This document shows, one piece after another, positions 9,065-17,950 of a stretch of 41,009 nucleotides of DNA. The position numbers and the translations under genes are program-made. Under the pieces are notes generated by a model. It did not search any database. It was given only the letters and a program-made list of their open reading frames with translations, and was not told where the DNA came from. Source of the DNA: Hominenteromicrobium sp. (lineage in GTDB: Bacteria > Bacillota > Clostridia > Oscillospirales > Acutalibacteraceae); assembly GCA_051880755.1 (NCBI GenBank), contig JBJEOO010000174.1, positions 1-41,009 on the forward strand. Direction: 5' to 3'. Within the stretch, counting starts at the first letter, position 1; every line of letters starts with the position of its first letter.

Positions 9065-10819
9065 GTGAAAGAACTTTTACAGGGCAATGAAGCCGTCGCA
9101 AGGGGCTTGTACGAGGCGGGTGTCCGCGTCGTGTCCAGCTATCCCGGCACGCCGAGCACCGAGATTACGGAAGCGGCCGCCAAGTATGACGATCTGTACT
9201 GCGAATGGGCGCCGAACGAAAAGGTTGCGGCGGAGGTGGCGTCCGGCGCGGCCATCGGCGGCGCGCGCAGCTTCTGCGGCATGAAGCATGTTGGATTGAA
9301 CGTTGCGGCGGATCCCGTTTTTACCATGAGCTATATCGGTGTGAACGCGGGTATGGTCATCGGCGTGGCGGATGACCCGGGCATGCATTCCTCGCAGAAC
9401 GAGCAGGATTCCAGAAATTACGCGATTGCGGCGAAGCTTCTGATGCTGGAGCCGTCGGATTCGGCGGAATGCCGCGATATGACAAAGCTTGCCTACGAGC
9501 TTTCGGAGCGGTTTGATACGCCGGTCATGCTGCGCCTGTCGACGCGCATCGCGCATTCAAGGAGCATCGTGGATACCGCGGAACGTGCGGACGTGCCGCT
9601 GAAGGACTACGAAAAGAATCCGGCGAAAAACATCATGCTGCCGGCCTTTGCGCGTCCGAAGCACGAAAAGGTGGAGGCGCGTACCCTTGCCGAGCGCGAG
9701 TGGGCGGAGACCTCACCGCTCAATTTCATCGAAGACAACGGCGCAAAAACCGGCGTGATCGTGGCCGGCTCCGTTTATAAATACGCGAAAGAGGCGCTGG
9801 GCGATACGGTCAATTACCTGAAGCTCGGCGTTGTGAACCCGCTGCCGGTGCGGAAAATCCGGGATTTTGCGGCGGGGCTTGAAACGATCTATGTGATTGA
9901 GGAGCTGGACGACATCATCGAGTCGCACTGCAGAAAGATCGGCGTTCCGGTCAAGGGCAAGGAGATTTTCCCGCGCTGCGGGGAATTCTCCCAGCGACTG
10001 ATTGCGGAAAAGCTCGGCGCGCCGCTGGGTGCGTCCGTCTCGCTCGAAGAAAATATCCCGGTGCGCCCGCCGGTCATGTGCTGCGGCTGCCCGCACAGAG
10101 GCCTGTTCTATGCGCTCAAGCGCGAGGGCGTGTACGTCAGCGGCGACATCGGCTGCTATACGCTGGGCGCTTCGGCCCCGCTCGGCGCGATGGACACCTG
10201 CATCTGCATGGGCGCCTCCGTTTCCGCGCTGCACGGCTACAACAAGGCGCGCGGCGCTGAGGCCGAAAAGAAGGCGGTTGCGGTCATCGGCGATTCCACC
10301 TTCATCCACTCCGGCATCACAAGCCTGATCGATATCGCCTACAACCGCTCGAACTCCACGGTGATTATTCTCGACAATTCGATTACCGGCATGACCGGTC
10401 ACCAGCAGAACCCGACGACCGGCTACACGATCAAGGGCGATCCGACGAGCGCGGTCGATCTCACGGCGCTGTGCCATGCGGTCGGCATTGCCGACGTGCA
10501 GGTGGTCGATCCCTACGATCTCAAGGCGACCCGTGCGGCGATTCAGGCGGCGCTTGCCGCCGAATGTCCGAGCGTCGTGATCAGCCGCCGTCCGTGCGCG
10601 CTGCTCAAGACCGTGAAGCACAAGCCCGCGCTTGTGATCGACGCGGAAAAGTGCATCGGCTGCAAGGCCTGCATGGGCATCGGCTGCCCGGCCATCAGCA
10701 TCCGGAACGGCAAGGCGGCGATTGATGCGACACAGTGCGTCGGCTGCGGCGTCTGCACCGGGCTGTGCGCGAAGCACGCCATCGGAGAAGCGGAGAAAAA
10801 GGAGGGCGAGCGGAAATGA
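9065..10819 (+). CDS. iorA: Indolepyruvate:ferredoxin oxidoreductase alpha subunit
   Basis: GNEAVARG, YPGTPSTEI, MKHVGLNVAAD, SSQNEQD, CCGCPHR, GDIGCY, GDSTF, two C-terminal 4Fe-4S motifs; GTG start after GGAGG. Confidence 0.93.
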   Translation: MKELLQGNEAVARGLYEAGVRVVSSYPGTPSTEITEAAAKYDDLYCEWAPNEKVAAEVASGAAIGGARSFCGMKHVGLNVAADPVFTMSYIGVNAGMVIGVADDPGMHSSQNEQDSRNYAIAAKLLMLEPSDSAECRDMTKLAYELSERFDTPVMLRLSTRIAHSRSIVDTAERADVPLKDYEKNPAKNIMLPAFARPKHEKVEARTLAEREWAETSPLNFIEDNGAKTGVIVAGSVYKYAKEALGDTVNYLKLGVVNPLPVRKIRDFAAGLETIYVIEELDDIIESHCRKIGVPVKGKEIFPRCGEFSQRLIAEKLGAPLGASVSLEENIPVRPPVMCCGCPHRGLFYALKREGVYVSGDIGCYTLGASAPLGAMDTCICMGASVSALHGYNKARGAEAEKKAVAVIGDSTFIHSGITSLIDIAYNRSNSTVIILDNSITGMTGHQQNPTTGYTIKGDPTSAVDLTALCHAVGIADVQVVDPYDLKATRAAIQAALAAECPSVVISRRPCALLKTVKHKPALVIDAEKCIGCKACMGIGCPAISIRNGKAAIDATQCVGCGVCTGLCAKHAIGEAEKKEGERK

Positions 10820-11382
10820 AAAGCGTTATGATTGTCGGCGTCGGCGGGCAGGGCACGCTGCTCGCGTCCCGTGTGCTCGGGCGCGTCATGCTCAATGCGG
10901 GCTATGACGTCAAGGTCAGCGAGGTGCACGGCATGAGTCAGCGCGGCGGCAGCGTCGTCACCTATGTGCGCTGGGGCGAGCGCGTGGAATCGCCCGTGAT
11001 CAACGAGGGCGAGGCGGATATCCTGCTTGCCTTTGAGCAGCTTGAGGCAGCGCGTTTCCTGCCGTATCTCAAGGCGGGCGGCATGGTGCTGACGAATACC
11101 CAGCAGATCGACCCGATGCCCGTCATCACGGGCGCGGCGGCGTATCCGGAGGGTATTCTGGACGCGATCCGCGAAAAAGGCGTGCAGCTTACCGCGGTGG
11201 ATGCGCTGGCGCTTGCCGCGCAGGCCGGCTCACAGAAGGCGGTCAACGTCGTGCTCATCGGCGCAATGGCGGCGCTGCTCGATATCCCGGAGGCCGAATG
11301 GATCTCCGCGATTGAAAAAACCGTTCCGCCCAAATTCTTGGAGATGAACAAGCGCGCTTTTGCACTTGGTTATCACGCATAA
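10816..11382 (+). CDS. iorB: Indolepyruvate:ferredoxin oxidoreductase beta subunit
   Basis: IVGVGGQG, SEVHGMSQRGGSV, NVVLIG; ATGA overlap with the iorA stop. Confidence 0.92.
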   Translation: MKSVMIVGVGGQGTLLASRVLGRVMLNAGYDVKVSEVHGMSQRGGSVVTYVRWGERVESPVINEGEADILLAFEQLEAARFLPYLKAGGMVLTNTQQIDPMPVITGAAAYPEGILDAIREKGVQLTAVDALALAAQAGSQKAVNVVLIGAMAALLDIPEAEWISAIEKTVPPKFLEMNKRAFALGYHA

Positions 11383-11415
11383 ATCAAAAATACGCACAAA
11401 CAGGAGCTGTTACCC

Positions 11416-12714
11416 ATGAACTACTACAATCCGGAAATCGAATGTGCGGACCGCGAGACGCTGCGGAAAATTCAGTCGGAGCGCCTTGTGAAGACCGTAC
11501 ACACCTGCTATGAAAACGTTCCGCTGTACAGGAAACGCTTCGATGAAATGGGCCTCAAGCCCGACGACATCCGGAGCATCGACGACATCACGAAGCTGCC
11601 GTTTACCACAAAGACGGATCTGCGCGATACCTACCCGTTCGGCCTGTTTGCGGTGCCGCGCGGTGATCTGGCGCGCATCCACGCTTCCTCCGGCACAACC
11701 GGCAAGCAGACGGTTGTCGGCTACACGAAAAACGACATCAAGGTCTGGGCGGTCTGCGCGGCGCGCAGCATTGCGGCCGTCGGCGGCACAAAGGACGACT
11801 TTGTGCATGTTTCCTACGGTTACGGCCTGTTTACCGGCGGCCTTGGCCTGCATTACGGCGCGGAGGAGCTTGGCGCAACGGCCATTCCGGTTTCTTCCGG
11901 CAACACGGCGCGTCAGGTGCAGATTCTGCAGGATTACGGCTCGGACATTCTGTGCTGCACGCCGTCGTATGCGATGTATATCGGCGAAACGGTGCGTGAA
12001 AAGGGCATTGACCCGAAGAGCCTGCGGCTGCGGGCCGGCATTTTCGGCGCGGAGCCCTGGAGCGAGGAGATGCGCCATGAGATCGAGCGCCTGCTCGACA
12101 TCAAGGCCTACGATATTTACGGCCTTTCGGAGATTGCAGGCCCGGGCGTTTCCTGCGAGTGCGAGGAGCAGGCCGGCATGCATATCAACGAGGATTTCTT
12201 CTACCCGGAGGTTATCGACCCCGTAACCGGCGAGCCGCTGCCGGACGGCGAATACGGCGAGCTGGTGTTTACCTGCATCGGCAAGGAAGCGCTTCCGCTG
12301 ATCCGCTACCGCACGCGCGACATCTGCGCGCTGAACCACGAAAAGTGCAAGTGCGGCCGTACGCTGGTGCGCATGTGCAAGCCGCGCGGCAGAACGGACG
12401 ACATGCTGATTATCCGCGGCATCAACGTTTTCCCGTCGCAGATCGAAAGCGTTCTGCTCGATCTCGGTATGGATCCGAACTATCAGCTCGTGGTCGACCG
12501 CCAGAATAACCTCGATACGCTGGAGGTACAGGTGGAAATGAACGAGGCGATGTTCTCGGATACGGTGCGCAATCTTGAAGCCGTCAAGAAGCAGATTGCC
12601 AGCGCGCTGCAGTCCACGCTGAATATCGTGGCGAAAATCCGCCTGCTTGAGCCGAAGTCCATCGAGCGCAGCGAAGGCAAAGCGAAGCGCGTCATCGATA
12701 AGCGCAAGCTGTAA
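11416..12714 (+). CDS. paaK: Phenylacetate--CoA ligase, copy 2
   Basis: [49 protein letters not shown]. Confidence 0.92.
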   Translation: MNYYNPEIECADRETLRKIQSERLVKTVHTCYENVPLYRKRFDEMGLKPDDIRSIDDITKLPFTTKTDLRDTYPFGLFAVPRGDLARIHASSGTTGKQTVVGYTKNDIKVWAVCAARSIAAVGGTKDDFVHVSYGYGLFTGGLGLHYGAEELGATAIPVSSGNTARQVQILQDYGSDILCCTPSYAMYIGETVREKGIDPKSLRLRAGIFGAEPWSEEMRHEIERLLDIKAYDIYGLSEIAGPGVSCECEEQAGMHINEDFFYPEVIDPVTGEPLPDGEYGELVFTCIGKEALPLIRYRTRDICALNHEKCKCGRTLVRMCKPRGRTDDMLIIRGINVFPSQIESVLLDLGMDPNYQLVVDRQNNLDTLEVQVEMNEAMFSDTVRNLEAVKKQIASALQSTLNIVAKIRLLEPKSIERSEGKAKRVIDKRKL

Positions 12715-12737
12715 TACAGAGAAAGCGAGGAGTTACT

Positions 12738-13169
12738 ATGCAGATTCAGCAGTTATCGGTTTTCATTGAGAACAAGCCCGGAAGACTGGCGGAGATCACC
12801 GAGGTTCTGGCAGAAGCCGAGGTCGATATCCGTGCGATCTCCGTCGCGGATACGAGCGATTTCGGAATCCTGCGCGTGATTGTCGACCGTCCGAAGGAGG
12901 CCGTCATCGCGCTCAGAGAGCACGGCATGACCGTTTCCCTGACGAACGTGCTGGCCGTCGGCATTTCCGACGAGCGCGGCGCCTTCTCAAAGGTCATCCG
13001 CATTCTGGCAAATTCCGGCATCGACGTCGAGTACATCTATGCGTTTGTCAGCCGCGATAAGGGCAAGGCGTATGTGATCATCCGCACGGATAAATCCGCA
13101 CGCGCCGCTGAGGTGCTCACCGAGAACGGTGTGGAAATCCTCACCGCCGAAGCGCTCTACAACATGTAA
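12738..13169 (+). CDS. Tandem ACT-domain amino-acid-binding protein
   Basis: QLSVFIENKPGRL..., second ACT repeat with IDVEYIYAF; common partner of paaK/ior. Confidence 0.85.
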   Translation: MQIQQLSVFIENKPGRLAEITEVLAEAEVDIRAISVADTSDFGILRVIVDRPKEAVIALREHGMTVSLTNVLAVGISDERGAFSKVIRILANSGIDVEYIYAFVSRDKGKAYVIIRTDKSARAAEVLTENGVEILTAEALYNM

Positions 13170-13185
13170 TTCGGAGCTGCATGCG

Positions 13186-13227
13186 AAGGGCAGGTATGAA
13201 ATGATTCGATTTCATGCCTGCCCTTTT
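13186..13227 (+). terminator. Long stem-loop (terminator or attenuator) between the ACT gene and GH127
   Basis: AAGGGCAGGTATGAAAT / ATTTCATGCCTGCCCTT followed by a short U tract. Confidence 0.65.
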
Positions 13228-13243
13228 GTACAGGAGAAAACAT

Positions 13244-15064
13244 ATGGGTGCATGGGAATTCTATACAACGAACGAGATCAGGCCGCGCGGCTGGCTGAGG
13301 CGGCAGCTTGAGCTTCAGGCGGCCGGGCTGAGCGGAAATCTGGACAGGGTCTGGCCCGATGTGCGGGACAGCGCGTGGATCGGCGGGAACGCCGAGGGCT
13401 GGGAACGCGTGCCGTATTGGCTGGACGGGTTTATCCCGCTCGCGTATCTGCTGGAAGATGACGATATGATCGCGCGGGCCAAAAAATACATCGACGCAAT
13501 CCTTGCGGCGCAGAAAAGCGACGGGTGGATCTGCCCCTGCGCGGATGCGGACAGAAAGACATATGACACATGGGCGTTGCTGCTGCTTTCCAAGGTGCTG
13601 ACCGTGTATTATGCGTGCTCAAAGGACGATCGCATTCCCGGGGTTCTTTACGATACGCTGAAGAACTACTGCATGCTTTTGAAAAGCGGCGAAATCCGGC
13701 TGTTCAACTGGGGGAGATTCCGCTGGTATGAGGGGTTTATCGCCATCCGGTTCCTGTATGACCGATATCGAGAGGACTGGCTTACCGAGCTGGCGGGCAT
13801 TTTGAAGGCGCAGGGGACGGATTATCCGGCGCTCATGCCGCTCTGGGAGGAGCCGAAGGATGTCTGGCGCTTTGATACGCACATTGTGAACATTGCGATG
13901 GCGCTGAAATATGAGGCGGTTTCCTGCGAGCTGCTCGGCGAGGCGTACCGCGACGATGCGGAGACGCTGTATGCGGCGCTGAGCCGGCATAACGGCACGC
14001 CGGTGGGGCTGTTTACCGGCGACGAATGCCTTTCGGGTCTCAGCCCCATTCAGGGAACGGAGCTGTGCGCCGTGGTGGAGCAGATGTATTCCTGCGAGCT
14101 GCTGTATGCGCACACGGGTGACCCAAAATGGGCGGAGCGCCTCGAGATGCTCGCCTTCAACGCGCTGCCGGCGACGCTGAGCGACGATATGTGGGCGCAT
14201 CAGTATGTGCAGATGAGCAATCAGATGGCCTGCCGGCGGTTTCCGGAGGGCGTGAAGCCGATTTTCCGAACCAACGGGCCGGAATCGCATCTGTTCGGGC
14301 TGGAGCCGAATTTCGGCTGCTGCACGGCGAATTTCAGTCAGGGCTGGCCGAAATTTGCGCTTTCCGCGTTTCTGCACAGCGGCAGCAGAGTTCTGAGCGC
14401 CGTTCCGGTGCCCGCCGTGCTGGAAACCGGAGATTTCCGCATAGAGCTGGAAACGGAGTATCCCTTTGAAAACACGTTCCGCTATACCGTTTCCTCGAAG
14501 ACGGACTTCACCTTCCAGATCCGGATTCCCTCCTTTGCCCAGGCCGTTCTTGCGGACGGGAAGCCGTTTGCGGGCGAAATGTTTTCCGTGGAGATCCGGG
14601 CCGGGGAGACGCGCGAAATCCGCCTGCAGTTTGAAACGGCCCCGCACTTTGTGGAACGGCCGTATGATTTGACGTCGGTGCAGTGCGGATCACTCGTGTT
14701 TTCGGTGCCCGTGCGGTATGAAAAGAAGCGGTACGAGTACGAAAAGAACGGCGCGGAGCGACGGTATCCCTACTGCGATTATGAGTATCTGCCCGTGAGC
14801 GGCTGGAATTATGCGTACTGCGGCGGTGCGCTGACGCTCCGGCGGCGAAAGACGGATGCGGTCCCCTTTTCTTCCGAAAATCCGCCGGTGACCGTTGCGG
14901 CGCGGACCGTTCAGATTGATTGGGGTATGGAGCCGGGGTACGACGCCTTGTGCGCGAAGGTTCCGCGCTCCCGGGTTCCCCTCGGCGCCGCCAGGGAGAC
15001 AGAGCTTTACCCCTACGGCTGCGCCAAGCTCCGCATGACGGAGCTGCCGCTGATAAATGAATAA
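13244..15064 (+). CDS. GH127-like beta-L-arabinofuranosidase family hydrolase
   Basis: IRPRGWL, GWERVPYWLDG, HIVN, GTELC, LAFNALP, CCTAN, PYGC; RBS CAGGAG before ATG 13244. Confidence 0.8.
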   Translation: MGAWEFYTTNEIRPRGWLRRQLELQAAGLSGNLDRVWPDVRDSAWIGGNAEGWERVPYWLDGFIPLAYLLEDDDMIARAKKYIDAILAAQKSDGWICPCADADRKTYDTWALLLLSKVLTVYYACSKDDRIPGVLYDTLKNYCMLLKSGEIRLFNWGRFRWYEGFIAIRFLYDRYREDWLTELAGILKAQGTDYPALMPLWEEPKDVWRFDTHIVNIAMALKYEAVSCELLGEAYRDDAETLYAALSRHNGTPVGLFTGDECLSGLSPIQGTELCAVVEQMYSCELLYAHTGDPKWAERLEMLAFNALPATLSDDMWAHQYVQMSNQMACRRFPEGVKPIFRTNGPESHLFGLEPNFGCCTANFSQGWPKFALSAFLHSGSRVLSAVPVPAVLETGDFRIELETEYPFENTFRYTVSSKTDFTFQIRIPSFAQAVLADGKPFAGEMFSVEIRAGETREIRLQFETAPHFVERPYDLTSVQCGSLVFSVPVRYEKKRYEYEKNGAERRYPYCDYEYLPVSGWNYAYCGGALTLRRRKTDAVPFSSENPPVTVAARTVQIDWGMEPGYDALCAKVPRSRVPLGAARETELYPYGCAKLRMTELPLINE

Positions 15065-15079
15065 ATATGCAAAAAAATG

Positions 15080-15111
15080 AATCCCGCAGAGTTAAATCTG
15101 CGGGATTTTTT
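15080..15111 (+). terminator. Intrinsic terminator after GH127 (left boundary of phage-like operon)
   Basis: AATCCCGCAGA-loop-TCTGCGGGATT followed by T tract. Confidence 0.8.
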
Positions 15112-15112
15112 C

Positions 15113-15182
15113 TGTCCGGAGATGTCCGAAAATGTCATGACATGTCATGACATTTTCGGACATTTTCGGACATCACCGGACA
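15113..15182. repeat. Seven phased 10-bp units forming a large palindrome
   Basis: TGTCCGGAGA TGTCCGAAAA TGTCATGACA TGTCATGACA TTTTCGGACA TTTTCGGACA TCACCGGACA; perfect 42-bp palindrome at 15122-15163. Confidence 0.9.
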
Positions 15183-15190
15183 TCTTTCAA

Positions 15191-15218
15191 AAAAGTTTCC
15201 CTCCACAGGGAAACTTTT
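15191..15218. promoter_or_regulatory. 12-bp perfect inverted repeat upstream of terS (candidate operator/promoter element)
   Basis: AAAAGTTTCCCT-CCAC-AGGGAAACTTTT. Confidence 0.6.
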
Positions 15219-15291
15219 CGCGGTTTTGGCGGTATAAGTGAAGGGACTTTTTCTTCCCTTCAAAAAAATATTCACAGAAAGGGTGTTGAAT

Positions 15292-15594
15292 ATGCAGGAT
15301 GAAACGGCGCTGGAGGGGTTCCGCAGGCTGGCGTTCGGCGATATCCGCGATGCGGTTCGGCTTCTGTTCTGCGACGAGGTCAACCCGCGGATGCTCCGGA
15401 ACATGAATCTGTTCGCGGTTTCGGAAATCCGCAGGCCGAAGGGCGGAGGGATGGAAATCCGGTTCTTCGACCGCATCGAGGCGCTGCGGATGCTGAGCGA
15501 GCTGGAGCATGCGGGCGGCGGAGCGGACGATGTGCTGCGCGCCATCGAGCGCGGCGCAGAGGCGCTCGGCGAGCGGGACGGGGAGGCGCCGTGA
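15292..15594 (+). CDS. Short terminase small subunit-like protein (100 aa)
   Basis: Overlaps the terL start (GTGA). RRLAFGD...IRRPKGGGMEIRFFDRIEALRML resembles the TerS oligomerisation region. RBS GAAAGGGTG. Confidence 0.6.
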   Translation: MQDETALEGFRRLAFGDIRDAVRLLFCDEVNPRMLRNMNLFAVSEIRRPKGGGMEIRFFDRIEALRMLSELEHAGGGADDVLRAIERGAEALGERDGEAP

Positions 15595-16859
15595 GGACGT
15601 TTTCCGAAAAGCAGATGCAGGTGCTTTGCTGGTGGGGCGAAAAAAGCCCGTACCGGGACAAAAACGCCGTCATCTGCGACGGTGCGGTGCGCAGCGGCAA
15701 GACGGTGTGCATGGGGCTTTCGTTTTTCCTTTGGGCCATGGCGCGCTTTTCGGGCGTGAGCTTTGCGGTATGCGGCAAAACAATCCGTTCGGTGCGGCGA
15801 AACGTGATCGCGGATCTGATGCCGCAGCTTCGGCACATGGGCTTTTCGGTTCAGGTGCGCTATTCCGAAAATCTGCTGACGCTGCGGCACAGGGGAATTG
15901 AAAACCGCTTTTACCTCTTCGGCGGCAAGGATGAATCGAGCGCGGCGCTGATTCAGGGCATGACGCTCGGCGGCATTCTGTTCGATGAAGCGGCACTGAT
16001 GCCCCGCTCCTTTGTGGAACAGGGTATTGCGCGCTGTTCGCTTCCGGGCGCAAAGCTGTGGTTCAACTGCAACCCCGAGCATCCGCAGCACTGGTTCTAC
16101 CGCGAGTGGATTCTGAAAGCGGAATCGCGCGGTGCGCTGTATTTGCACTTCACGATGGAGGACAATCCGTCGTTGAGCGCTGCGGTGCGGGCGCGGTACC
16201 GGCGGATGTTTACCGGCGCGTTTTACAGCCGGTTCATCGAGGGCAAATGGACGGCGGCGACGGGCCTTGTGTATCCGTTTGCACAGGAGCTGCTCTGCGA
16301 TGTTCCGTCCGAACCGTTCGAGCGGTTCGGCGTGTCCATCGATTACGGCACGGTGAATCCCACCTCCATGGGGCTTTGGGGCTGTCTGGACGGCGTATGG
16401 TACCGCGTGGACGAGTATTACTACGACGCGCGTGCCGAAGGCGCCCGGCGGACGGACGAAGAGCATTACCGGGGCTTTGAGCGGCTTTTGGCGGGCAGAA
16501 AACCGGAAATCGTCGTCTGCGATCCGTCGGCCGCGAGCTTTATCGAGCTGCTTCGGAGCCAGGGCTGCGCGGTAACGCCCGCGAAAAACGACGTGCTCAA
16601 CGGCATCCGTCAGACAGCGACGGCGCTTCGGACCGGGCGGATCAGAATCGCCGCCTGCTGCGCCGATACGGTGCGTGAATTCTCCCTGTACCGCTGGGCG
16701 GACGACGGTGCGCGGGATGCGCCGGTCAAGGAAAACGATCATGCCATGGACGACATCCGGTACTTCGTCTCAACGGTGCTGCCGGCGCAGGAGCCGTTTG
16801 CCTGCGCGGTGGAGCGCCGCGGAGACGGAGAGAAAGGAGAGTGCATTTGGGACTTTTGA
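15591..16859 (+). CDS. terL: Terminase large subunit, PBSX family
   Basis: Walker A GAVRSGKT, Walker B ILFDEA, coupling motif CNP, nuclease motifs IDYG, DPS, DHAMDDIRY. Confidence 0.93.
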   Translation: MRTFSEKQMQVLCWWGEKSPYRDKNAVICDGAVRSGKTVCMGLSFFLWAMARFSGVSFAVCGKTIRSVRRNVIADLMPQLRHMGFSVQVRYSENLLTLRHRGIENRFYLFGGKDESSAALIQGMTLGGILFDEAALMPRSFVEQGIARCSLPGAKLWFNCNPEHPQHWFYREWILKAESRGALYLHFTMEDNPSLSAAVRARYRRMFTGAFYSRFIEGKWTAATGLVYPFAQELLCDVPSEPFERFGVSIDYGTVNPTSMGLWGCLDGVWYRVDEYYYDARAEGARRTDEEHYRGFERLLAGRKPEIVVCDPSAASFIELLRSQGCAVTPAKNDVLNGIRQTATALRTGRIRIAACCADTVREFSLYRWADDGARDAPVKENDHAMDDIRYFVSTVLPAQEPFACAVERRGDGEKGECIWDF

Positions 16860-17950
16860 AGAAAAACAGGCAGGCCGCCGTATCCGTGCAGACACAGGGC
16901 GCCTGCACGCCGGTTCTGCCGCAGGCGGCGGGTGAGCGCGGCCTGTACCGCGCGCTGCGCGAGCAGGTGCCGATCATCGACGCGGCAATCCACAAGCTTG
17001 TGCGGCTGGTCGGCGGCTTTTCGGTGGTCTGCCCGGAAGCCGGGACGGAAGCGGCGCTCAGGGCGTTTCTCAAAAACGTGCCGGTCAACGGCTGCAACAG
17101 CGGAATTGACAGCTTCCTTTCCGTTTATTTTGAGCAGCTTCTGACATACGGCAACGCGGTGGGCGAAATTGTTGCGGCCAACGGCGCGGTGCAGGCGCTG
17201 TACAACGCCTCGCTCGACGATCTGGAAATCCGCCTTGTATCACCGCTTGAAACGGGCGTTTTTGTGATCCGCCGCAGCGGGACACAGCCGTGCCGCTATC
17301 CGGAGCTGATTCTTTCCTCGGCGCTGAATCCGGCGCCGGGCAGCGCGCAGGGCACTTCCATCCTGAAGGGTCTGCCGTTTGTCAGCGAGGTGCTGCTCAG
17401 AATCTACCGGACAATCGGCATCAACTGGGAGCGCATGGGCAACGTGCGCTTTGCGGTGACCTGCAAAAACGAGGGCTACATGAACGCGGGCGACCGCGCC
17501 GCGCAGCTTGCCCGGGAATGGAGCCGCGCCATGCACGGCCCGGGCGTGAGCGATTTTGTCGCGGTGGGCGACGTATCGATTCAGGCCATCGGCGCGGACA
17601 ATCAGCAGATGAACAGCGACATACCGGTTCGCCAGCTTCTTGAGCAGATTGTGGCGAAGCTCGGCATCCCGCCGTTTCTGCTCGGCCTTTCGTGGTCCTC
17701 AACCGAGCGCATGTCGAGCCAGCAGGCCGATGTGCTGACGAGTGAGCTGATGGCCTACCGACGCATTCTGGAGCCGGTTGTGCTGAAGATTTGCCGCACC
17801 TGGCTGCGCCTCAACGGATTTTCCGACGAGGTTGCGGTGGAATGGGATGAGATCACGATGCAGGACGAGGTGGATCATGCCAATGCGGAATACCTTGCGG
17901 CACGCACGGCGGCGCTGCGGAGAGAGGAGAAGAAAAACAATGAACGGTAA
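16847..17950 (+). CDS. Phage portal protein
   Basis: Follows terL, ~367 aa. LLTYGNA, GTSILKGL, IVAKLGIPPFLLG portal-like segments. TTG start after AAAGGAGA. Confidence 0.78.
   Translation: MGLLKKNRQAAVSVQTQGACTPVLPQAAGERGLYRALREQVPIIDAAIHKLVRLVGGFSVVCPEAGTEAALRAFLKNVPVNGCNSGIDSFLSVYFEQLLTYGNAVGEIVAANGAVQALYNASLDDLEIRLVSPLETGVFVIRRSGTQPCRYPELILSSALNPAPGSAQGTSILKGLPFVSEVLLRIYRTIGINWERMGNVRFAVTCKNEGYMNAGDRAAQLAREWSRAMHGPGVSDFVAVGDVSIQAIGADNQQMNSDIPVRQLLEQIVAKLGIPPFLLGLSWSSTERMSSQQADVLTSELMAYRRILEPVVLKICRTWLRLNGFSDEVAVEWDEITMQDEVDHANAEYLAARTAALRREEKKNNER

Noticed and set aside
15113-15182. CRISPR array or Spo0A-box cluster
   Set aside because: Units are 10 bp and abut with no spacers, and there are no cas genes. 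TGTCCGAA does not match the 0A box TGNCGAA.
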